In this document: piece after piece, positions 38,183-45,818 of the stretch
How positions within the stretch are numbered: position 1 is the stretch's first letter
Layout: each line of letters begins with the position of its first letter
From: an uncultured archaeon
GTDB lineage: Archaea > Asgardarchaeota > Heimdallarchaeia > Heimdallarchaeales > Kariarchaeaceae
DNA: 64,000 bases
Assembly: GCA_964645535.1 (NCBI GenBank)
Contig: CAZYCQ010000009.1
Span: forward strand, 17,799-81,798
Direction of reading: 5' to 3'
The notes under the pieces: generated by a model
What the model was told of the DNA's origin: nothing
Databases searched by the model: none
The model's input: only the letters and a program-made list of their open reading frames with translations
Program-made: the position numbers and the translations under genes

Positions 38183-38992
38183 ATGAGGTCAAAACTATAT
38201 TTTTCAATCATTTTGCTAATATCCCTTCTTACAGGGTCTGCTTTTGCATCAAATCATTATATCAACACCTATGAATTTACTTTGGCAGATCAAGGATATG
38301 CTGAATTAATATACCGTGCAGAGATACTTTTCCCTGAATCATCATTTTGCGAATATTTGTCAATAAATTTAAAAAATACAACCAATTTCCCTGTTGATGT
38401 TTCATATAATGATTTTGTCATGGTTATTCTTTATGACGAAAATAGCATTCCCTATGAAAATGCTGACTATTATGAAAATAGAACCGACGCATTGGTATTT
38501 CGTCATCGATCATATTTCAATATAACTTACGAAGGTGTTGAACCTGATCAAAAAGAAACTATCTTTATTTCACCAAATATTGAAGGGGGTATTCCTTTTC
38601 CTTATTCCCTACTTCCAAACGGATCAATTCCCTATTATGGTCTCTGGAGATACAGATCTGGACTGCTAAATAATGCTGCAAATAGGGATTATGTCAATTC
38701 CAATGTCTCACTGTATCCTACATGTATCGAAAATATCGAAGAAAATCCTTATGGACAATTCAACTCTGTAAATGATGATCCATTTACCTTTAAAATTGTA
38801 TTGTATTACTTAAATTCTCCTTCCGTCAATGTCAATCTAGAAATCCATCATACTGCATATGGTGTTACAGCAGAGACATCCACTCCTACCTCTACGATTG
38901 ATGGACTTCCAATTCTTTTTGACACAGTCTTCCTTCTCTATTTCCCAGCACTTGTCTTGACAAAAAGAAAATTTGCCAATGAAAAGAGATAG
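38183..38992 (+). CDS. Secreted hypothetical protein with a C-terminal anchor
   Basis: GGAGG RBS, signal peptide, Thr-rich linker, LPILF...LVLTKRK. Confidence 0.75.
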   Translation: MRSKLYFSIILLISLLTGSAFASNHYINTYEFTLADQGYAELIYRAEILFPESSFCEYLSINLKNTTNFPVDVSYNDFVMVILYDENSIPYENADYYENRTDALVFRHRSYFNITYEGVEPDQKETIFISPNIEGGIPFPYSLLPNGSIPYYGLWRYRSGLLNNAANRDYVNSNVSLYPTCIENIEENPYGQFNSVNDDPFTFKIVLYYLNSPSVNVNLEIHHTAYGVTAETSTPTSTIDGLPILFDTVFLLYFPALVLTKRKFANEKR

Positions 38993-39048
38993 ATAGATTC
39001 TTCTGAAAAAATATCTTATTTGCCTAAAAGATTATAAACAATAAAATC

Positions 39049-39786
39049 ATGATTGAATACCTAATGGAAATTGTCCTTCAGTCACATTTCGTGAAGACGT
39101 CGAGTGGTGAATTCCATTTCAAAACTTTTGAAGACCTTGATGAGACAAAACCCTATGCCATTTTTATACATGGTGCACACAGGCAACTTCAAAATGCACT
39201 TTATTGGCAACCTCTTGCAGGCCGGATCAAGGAATCATTTAACCCCTTTTTTGTGGATCTGCTAGGACATGGTGAATCAGAATTTCATGATTCTCCCAAT
39301 CGCATTTCTCCCGAGCAGCAAATTATCGGTCTTTTGGAACTTATCATGCATCTTCAAACAACATATACTGTCGGCGCATTGACTTTGGTGGGTCGATCAT
39401 ATGGTGGTTACATTGCCATGAAAATTGCAGATGAGCTTCCCCATCGTATTAATGGACTTTTTCTGATCGCCCCGGCCGTCAATAGTGAAATCATTGCACT
39501 TTTGAATGGATGGAAAAATCCAGTTTCAGTATTTTGGGATTCCAAGGATCCTGTGGTGAATATCAGCAATTTCAGCTATATCCTGTCAGCACTTCCCCAA
39601 GCAAAATTATATGCTATTGGTTCCCCAGCTTCTTTCAATACCTTCTCAAAGTATAAGGTCTATGAGCGTCCTGATGTTGCCGGTACGCATATTCCTGAAC
39701 GTGAATTTCCAGATTATTTCTTTGATGCGTTAGAAGAGTTCAAAGATGATGTTCTTGAAAATTTGCTTGCAAGCAAACCTCAATGA
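39049..39786 (+). CDS. Alpha/beta hydrolase
   Basis: FIHG, DLLGHGES, GRSYGG, DPVV, H. Confidence 0.88.
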   Translation: MIEYLMEIVLQSHFVKTSSGEFHFKTFEDLDETKPYAIFIHGAHRQLQNALYWQPLAGRIKESFNPFFVDLLGHGESEFHDSPNRISPEQQIIGLLELIMHLQTTYTVGALTLVGRSYGGYIAMKIADELPHRINGLFLIAPAVNSEIIALLNGWKNPVSVFWDSKDPVVNISNFSYILSALPQAKLYAIGSPASFNTFSKYKVYERPDVAGTHIPEREFPDYFFDALEEFKDDVLENLLASKPQ

Positions 39787-39818
39787 TCTTTTTTGCGTAT
39801 AACGCAGGTTAAGTGCAA

Positions 39819-40748
39819 TTATTTGGCATAAAGTGTTGATTTTTCAAAAGAGAAGTCTTGGGGTACGATGACCTGGAGGACATCCTTTTCGAGCTCCAAT
39901 GTGACTGGCGTGATTCCTTTTAATTCCCCTTCAGATTCCACCAAGGTTGGTATTTCTGCATCAATTGTGACCTTGTTGCCCCATCCCATCCAAATATAAT
40001 CTAATCCTATGTGTTTGGCTTTTGGAACCAAAGTCAAGGCCTTCAGGGCTTGCAGTTTGCTTGCTCCATGGAGGACTGCTATATTGATCCGATCTGAATT
40101 GAACCTAACCTCTGGAAGTATACGCATTCCTGAACCAAAGGTTTGGCCTAGCCCTGCCGCCAGAATCCTTGACTTGAATCGGTATTCTTTTTCATCAATG
40201 GTTACAATCAGTTCCCTTGGTTTGTACTTCATGAATTCCGATATGGCAAGAAGATAATATTTCATTAGGCCTGGAAGCCATTTCAACTTGGTTTGGCTGG
40301 CTTTGACAACTTTTGCCCCCCATCCCACGTCCGTCACGTTAATTGAATAATAGGACTTGCTTTCAAGATCCACTCTGACGGCATTAATTGAAACTGTTTT
40401 TCCTTCGATGAAAATATCAATGGCTTTATCGACATTCGTAGGGATGTTCAGGGCACTGGCAAAGTCATTTCCACTTCCTGAGGGGATTAATCCCATTCGC
40501 ATCCCGTATTTGATGGCAAAATTCGCAATGTGGTGCATTGTTCCATCTCCTCCCACTGCCAACACTTCTGTGACTCCGTTCCCTTTTTCAGCAGCAATGG
40601 CTTCTTCAGCTTCATGGATTGATCTTGTTTCCCGAAAGACAAATGGTATCCTTTCACTTTCCAGTTTGGTAATTGCCTTCATTGCATTTTTTTTGCTTCT
40701 TCCTGCTCTTGCATTTGGATTATAGAGAACCAGAACTTTACGATCCAC
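39819..40748 (-). CDS. Diacylglycerol/lipid kinase family (YegS/BmrU-like)
   Basis: NPNARAG, GGDGT, PSGSGNDF, GSGM, EGE. Confidence 0.92.
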   Translation of the reverse strand: MDRKVLVLYNPNARAGRSKKNAMKAITKLESERIPFVFRETRSIHEAEEAIAAEKGNGVTEVLAVGGDGTMHHIANFAIKYGMRMGLIPSGSGNDFASALNIPTNVDKAIDIFIEGKTVSINAVRVDLESKSYYSINVTDVGWGAKVVKASQTKLKWLPGLMKYYLLAISEFMKYKPRELIVTIDEKEYRFKSRILAAGLGQTFGSGMRILPEVRFNSDRINIAVLHGASKLQALKALTLVPKAKHIGLDYIWMGWGNKVTIDAEIPTLVESEGELKGITPVTLELEKDVLQVIVPQDFSFEKSTLYAK

Positions 40749-40788
40749 TTGTCCTCATTCTTTCGCTGTTTGATGAATATTATGGAAG

Positions 40789-41241
40789 TTAAGCCAAAGC
40801 ATTCCACCTATTGGTTGATTTAGTTATCAACTGAATGGCTTCATTAAGATCATTTATGGTGATCTGGGCTTTGAATTCTGGAGTAAGGAAAAACGTTCTC
40901 CGAAGACAAATTTTTCCAGATATTCCTTTTTTTAGAACTCTGAAGACTTCCGCTAATCTTTCATTTTTGTCCTTGATTACGCGAAAAGGTAGTTCAAGCT
41001 CTTTTATTGCTTGTGGGATGTCTTCAAGTGTTACTGCGACAAGATCATAATTGTTTTGCACGATGGATGCATAGGAATTTCTCATATCTTCCAATTGGAA
41101 TTTGGATACAGGTGTGTCAATATGTGGAAAGAAAGTTACAAAAACTCCCTGACGCCCCTGCATTATCTCGTCAATGGGTTTCAAATCCACACCCTTCAGA
41201 TCAATCTGGATTTGATTGCCCATCTCAACTTGTCCTTCCAC
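40789..41241 (-). CDS. Peroxiredoxin (BCP/AhpC-TSA)-like protein lacking the peroxidatic Cys
   Basis: VTFFPHIDTPVS, LPFRVIKD..LAEVF.V, RRTFFL. Confidence 0.7.
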   Translation of the reverse strand: MEGQVEMGNQIQIDLKGVDLKPIDEIMQGRQGVFVTFFPHIDTPVSKFQLEDMRNSYASIVQNNYDLVAVTLEDIPQAIKELELPFRVIKDKNERLAEVFRVLKKGISGKICLRRTFFLTPEFKAQITINDLNEAIQLITKSTNRWNALA

Positions 41242-41335
41242 AATATTTATTCCTTAACCTTGCTTTTAAGGAATCAGATTTGTTCTAGCGTATTTTCCCT
41301 CCCATTGTCAACATTTGGTGCATGTTCCTCTTTTT

Positions 41336-42031
41336 TCAGGTGAGGGGAAGCGTTTTTGGTGCCTTGAATGATCTCAGGATTACTCTGAATGCTTCGGCAT
41401 ATTCCACATTTGCAATTCTTCCATAGGTTTTCATCATGGTTTCCTTGAATTCCTTGACTGGCCATGTTCCATAGGCTTCCTGATAGATTTCAATAAATTT
41501 GTAGATTGTTTTTACCTTGTCTGTCACATCCACGTAAACCATATGAGTCCATGGATCATTTGCCGGATCATGATACTGGAACAACGACATCTGTTCTCGC
41601 CATGGTTCATATGGAGAATCTTCTTTTCGGTATCTTGCATAATGCATCGCGTCATAGACCAATTTTGAACAGGCTCGATGGTCGGGATGTCCCGAACCAT
41701 ATCGTTCTGGAAGATTCCAAGTGATGATACCATGGGGACGAATTTCCTTGATTTTTTCCGCGATTTCATATGCTCCATTGACACTTACTTCAACCCTTGA
41801 ATCTGGGAAATCCATAAAATGTACCTTTACCCCCAAAAGGTCTTCTATCTTTTTCGTATGTTCAATTCTCTTCCGTGCACGATCTTCTGCGGTTCCTCCA
41901 AGAAATGAAGAGTTCTCTCCTTTTGTGAGGAACATGAGATGCACTTGGTCTCCACTTTCAACATGGTTTAGTAGAGTTCCTGCACATCCCAATTCATCAT
42001 CTGGATGTGCAAAAATGGCTAAGAGGTTCAT
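41336..42031 (-). CDS. PIG-L/BshB-family N-acetyl sugar deacetylase
   Basis: AHPDDE, LTKGE, HPDH, YAEAF. Confidence 0.92.
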   Translation of the reverse strand: MNLLAIFAHPDDELGCAGTLLNHVESGDQVHLMFLTKGENSSFLGGTAEDRARKRIEHTKKIEDLLGVKVHFMDFPDSRVEVSVNGAYEIAEKIKEIRPHGIITWNLPERYGSGHPDHRACSKLVYDAMHYARYRKEDSPYEPWREQMSLFQYHDPANDPWTHMVYVDVTDKVKTIYKFIEIYQEAYGTWPVKEFKETMMKTYGRIANVEYAEAFRVILRSFKAPKTLPLT

Positions 42032-42094
42032 AGGGTATCTTTCATATTCCCATTAATTGTGTTGCGATGTTCCTAAGGTTGGGATGGTGTTTGT

Positions 42095-42241
42095 TTACTT
42101 GGGTGCAGTACCCAATCTGGAACAACGCTGACAGATTCCTTGTATGAACCGCGCACAGACGTTGCAATAGGACGCACCACAAACTCTGCATCTTTTGACC
42201 GCTTGCCTAATTCTACACTCTGAACAAGTATTGTAATGCAT
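42095..42241 (-). CDS. 48-aa four-CxxC zinc-finger microprotein (absent from the ORF track)
   Basis: MHYNTCSECRIRQAVKRCRVCGASYCNVCARFIQGICQRCSRLGTAPK; co-oriented with both neighbours. Confidence 0.8.
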   Translation of the reverse strand: MHYNTCSECRIRQAVKRCRVCGASYCNVCARFIQGICQRCSRLGTAPK

Positions 42242-42285
42242 GATTACTAGTATTGTGTTTTATTGCTTATCAATATTGGCTATGA

Positions 42286-42951
42286 TCAAAGATTACTGGC
42301 AAGGAAATTGGCAATGTCATTTGAAATCCATTTTGAGACGATATGGGGTTCTCTTCCCTGTACATTGAAATTGTGGTCTGCTCCTTTGATCAACTTCAGT
42401 TCCGCAAAGCTTGCCATCATAGCTAGCTGATTTGCAAGTCTGTCATATGTTCCCTGATTTCCTTTATCCCCTTGGCAAAACAGGACTGGACCTATGATCG
42501 CCTGTAATTCATCCATTTGTAACTTTTCTGGACGATTTGGTGGATAAAGAGGAAAACTGAGGGCAACTACTGGAGGAATCTCTTCCTGCATTGCAATCAT
42601 TGAAGCACTTCGAATGGCTGCCTTTGCTCCTATATCATGACCTCCTATTGCCCATTTTTTGTCTGCTAGTTCGCTCTGGGAATGTACCCACTGCCATACT
42701 TTAAGAAAAACTTCCTCCTGTACGCTTGGTTTGTCTGGTATCCGTTTCTTTTTCACTTTGAAGGGCATTCGAAAAAGGAGTGTCGTTACCTTTTTTTTCT
42801 GGAGATCTTTTGCAATGTTATGAAAAATCGGCTCATCAATATCTGTACGTTCTCCATGAGTAAGGATAAGCCCCAATCTTCCATCAGCAAGGTACAACCT
42901 TCCGTTGATTTGCGGATCCTTTTCTATCTGGACTTCTGTGTATCTTTTCAC
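42286..42951 (-). CDS. TEX30/KANSL3-like alpha/beta hydrolase with an altered nucleophile
   Basis: LTHG, GGHDIG, FPLYPP, QG, GADH. Confidence 0.75.
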   Translation of the reverse strand: MKRYTEVQIEKDPQINGRLYLADGRLGLILTHGERTDIDEPIFHNIAKDLQKKKVTTLLFRMPFKVKKKRIPDKPSVQEEVFLKVWQWVHSQSELADKKWAIGGHDIGAKAAIRSASMIAMQEEIPPVVALSFPLYPPNRPEKLQMDELQAIIGPVLFCQGDKGNQGTYDRLANQLAMMASFAELKLIKGADHNFNVQGREPHIVSKWISNDIANFLASNL

Positions 42952-43040
42952 TGATCAGGGGATGAAATAACTATATATTTCTGTTCCGAAAGGCACTTTT
43001 CAATGAGTGGAATCTATGGATATTTGAATAGCCATATCTG

Positions 43041-43742
43041 TTGTTATTTATGTCATTTGATTCAATTATTGCACGGTTGGAAACTTCAATTGATGCAACC
43101 GATCGGGTAAAGGCAGCTGCTGAATTGGGTGAAGTCGGAACTCCTGAAGTTGCTCCAATACTTCTCAAGGCTGTTTGGGAGGATTCACAAAGTGGTGTCA
43201 GACAAGCCGCAATCACTAGTTATGTGGAGGTGTTGGGTGAGGATGCCTATCCTGAACTTGAAAAGGTGATTACTTCACATTTCGATGCTTACGTACGTCT
43301 GAATGCTATCTCGATGCTTTCAAAGCTTCCGAAAGACATGTCTCTGCAACTGCTCCAAAAAGGACTGGATTCTGATGATGATAAGGTTCGTACCCTTTCA
43401 ATCCGAGAATTGTATTTGATTGGTGCAAAAGAATTGGCGCCACGGTTTGTGGAATTACTGCGCACCGAAAGCTATCATTTGGCCAAGAGAAACTTGATAG
43501 AGGCCTTGGCAATTTGGAAGGTTAATGAAGCTAAAGACATAATCAAGCAGGTGATAAGTCAAGATTCTGACCCCGAAATTCAGGGGATAGGAGTTTTTGG
43601 ACTTGCAGCGCTTGGTGAACCAGGTGCAAAAGAAAAGCTAGAAAATATGGATATTGATCCTTTTATTAGGATAAAGTTCGACAATGAATGGTTTCGAGGG
43701 AAGGAAGGGCTACTTTCTCTCTTAAAACGCATTAATGATTGA
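43041..43742 (+). CDS. HEAT (PBS-lyase-like) repeat protein
   Basis: R..AA..LG, VR.AA repeats. Confidence 0.85.
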   Translation: MLFMSFDSIIARLETSIDATDRVKAAAELGEVGTPEVAPILLKAVWEDSQSGVRQAAITSYVEVLGEDAYPELEKVITSHFDAYVRLNAISMLSKLPKDMSLQLLQKGLDSDDDKVRTLSIRELYLIGAKELAPRFVELLRTESYHLAKRNLIEALAIWKVNEAKDIIKQVISQDSDPEIQGIGVFGLAALGEPGAKEKLENMDIDPFIRIKFDNEWFRGKEGLLSLLKRIND

Positions 43743-44579
43743 TAATAGCTGGATTGCCTTACCTATAATGGAGAAACCTGCATAACCGACAATGACGATC
43801 TTGTACAACACTCCTTCTAATTTCATGCCATCTTTCATTACTCGATAGAGAAGATAATAGGAATAGGCAAAGGTAATGATAGATACAAATTGAACTGTAA
43901 ACTGGTATGCAAGGGAAGGTTGCTGTAAGACAATGACTTGTGGTGACACTAAGGTCTCAAAACTTTGTGTGCTTTGTCTGACTTCAACTAAGGTGTTGGG
44001 TTCAAATGGTAGCCATACCAATACAATAACATAGTATACAAGGTCAACCACACTTCTAAATCCATTTACGGAGGCTGCCAAAGTGAACGGATTTTTCTGT
44101 GAGATTGGGGATTGTTTTGGACGACTGATGGCTATCAGACCTGCTACAATCAATGTTCCGAGTAACCAATTCGTGACCATGGAGGAGATCATCCCCTGAA
44201 TGATGTTCCCTGTGGTCTCCACAACAAATTCTCCATCAAGGTACACTCGTGACGTTATTCTAGAAGCCACATACCCCTGAGTGAATGAAGCAATCACCAT
44301 TGTTATGACAAACAGAATAACCCCATTTGGCGCATTAGGATCTTCCATAAGGGCCGTTGTCTTTTTGGGTTCGCGAACGAACAATCGTAGTGCATCAACA
44401 AGTGTCCCCCCATCCCAAACCTCTGGTTGCCGTACCATCATTGGCGTAATCGGTTGTTGGGGTGCAAATGTTGTCCAACTTGCTTGTGCCCCTTTTTCTC
44501 GCAGAATTTTTGCCCCACATTGAATACAAAAATTTACGTCGTCTTGATTTTCAGAACCACAATGTTGACAAATAGTCAT
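43722..44579 (-). CDS. Zinc-ribbon + Yip1-like membrane protein
   Basis: CQHCG...FCIQCG at the N-terminus, then LFVREP...P and ~5 TM helices; ATG 44579 preferred. Confidence 0.65.
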   Translation of the reverse strand: MTICQHCGSENQDDVNFCIQCGAKILREKGAQASWTTFAPQQPITPMMVRQPEVWDGGTLVDALRLFVREPKKTTALMEDPNAPNGVILFVITMVIASFTQGYVASRITSRVYLDGEFVVETTGNIIQGMISSMVTNWLLGTLIVAGLIAISRPKQSPISQKNPFTLAASVNGFRSVVDLVYYVIVLVWLPFEPNTLVEVRQSTQSFETLVSPQVIVLQQPSLAYQFTVQFVSIITFAYSYYLLYRVMKDGMKLEGVLYKIVIVGYAGFSIIGKAIQLLSIINAF

Positions 44580-44747
44580 TATATTGACGATGAATGTGAG
44601 AAAAATAAAGTCTTTCCATTGTATTATCTCAAAATTCAAAATCGCGTCTTTTTGTTAAAAAAGCCTTTCAGATATGAGTCGATTAGTTTAAGAATACCTT
44701 TCTTCGACAATATGATGGGCAGATTAAATCTGCTAGGAGAGAATAAC

Positions 44748-45734
44748 ATGAAAGGAAAATTCATCTTTTCAGCACTGTTCCTTGTAGCAATCATGGCAGT
44801 CATGAGCTTCAGTGGACCAGTTTCTGCTGATGAATTGGTATCAGGCAAGACATTCGTTGTTTACAACGGCGGAGGTGTCTTTGCTCCTGAAATCAACGGA
44901 TTTTACACAAACTATACGGAGGCAGGCAATACCATCATCAACGGTACCGACATGACCCTTGAAAATCTTAAGGGCAATCTGACCGCTGATGTGGATGCCC
45001 TGTTCCTTCCTGCAAACGACCTTTCTGGTGCTGATTTGAGCTTCATCAAGGAATGGTTCGACCTTGGCGGCAAGATGCTGTGGGTAGGTGGTGACAGTGA
45101 CTTTGGTGGTTTCTTTATTGCTGACAACCTGAACCCTGTCCTTGAAGAGGTGGGCTCTGTCCTCAGACTGGATTCCGGTGCAGTGGACGACCCTGTCAGC
45201 AATGACGGTGCTTCCTACCGTGTCGTCGCCAACCAATTGGGTGACGGCCCCATTGCAAGCGCCATTAAGGAACATGTTGACGGCGATTTCAAGATGCCGT
45301 TCCACGGTCCCACCTCTGTCTATTACATGAAGGATGGTGCTCCTGCCGATCTGAGGAATGCTACCCTTGACAATGTCGAAGTTGTTGTCATGGCTTCTCC
45401 TGATTCAAAAGGAATTGATCAGGATCTGAGTGCTGGCACTGGTGACTTCTATGCAAGCATCAACGCAACTGGCGATCTTCCCTTGCTTGCAGTCGAGACA
45501 ATCGACAACAACGTGGTAGTTGTCTCTGGTGAGAGCGTCTTCAAAGACTACAAGAACATGTACGGTAACAGCTTGGAGAAATCTGGCGAGTTCCATTACG
45601 GTTCAATCGTTGTTGACACTATCATCAGCTATGTTTTCGAAAACATTGCCACTCAGAGCAAAGCTCCCATAAACTTCTTCGTTCCTGTTATTGGTTTGAT
45701 TGCAGTTGCTGCCATCATCCGCAGAAGGAAATAA
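44748..45734 (+). CDS. Cell-surface protein with a GldG/IFT52(GIFT)/DUF4350-like domain and C-terminal anchor
   Basis: GGAG RBS, signal peptide, WFDLGGKMLWVGGDSD, LNPVLE..G..LRLD...VDDP, tail APINFFVPVIGLIAVAAIIRRRK; start 44748 rather than 44427. Confidence 0.7.
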   Translation: MKGKFIFSALFLVAIMAVMSFSGPVSADELVSGKTFVVYNGGGVFAPEINGFYTNYTEAGNTIINGTDMTLENLKGNLTADVDALFLPANDLSGADLSFIKEWFDLGGKMLWVGGDSDFGGFFIADNLNPVLEEVGSVLRLDSGAVDDPVSNDGASYRVVANQLGDGPIASAIKEHVDGDFKMPFHGPTSVYYMKDGAPADLRNATLDNVEVVVMASPDSKGIDQDLSAGTGDFYASINATGDLPLLAVETIDNNVVVVSGESVFKDYKNMYGNSLEKSGEFHYGSIVVDTIISYVFENIATQSKAPINFFVPVIGLIAVAAIIRRRK

Positions 45735-45818
45735 ACCTAACAAATAATTAAATTTCAAACAATCATTCTTCATTCAACAATTGGAAAAACTTAGTAAAGA
45801 TTACGGAAGAAAAAAATT

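Noticed and set aside
33131-41241. Selenoprotein recoding in the HesB-like and peroxiredoxin-like genes
   Set aside because: No in-frame TGA at the Cys positions; the peroxiredoxin codon is TCC.
44427-44747. N-terminal 107 aa of the 435-aa ORF
   Set aside because: It overlaps the divergent zinc-ribbon gene; the RBS and signal peptide place the start at 44748.
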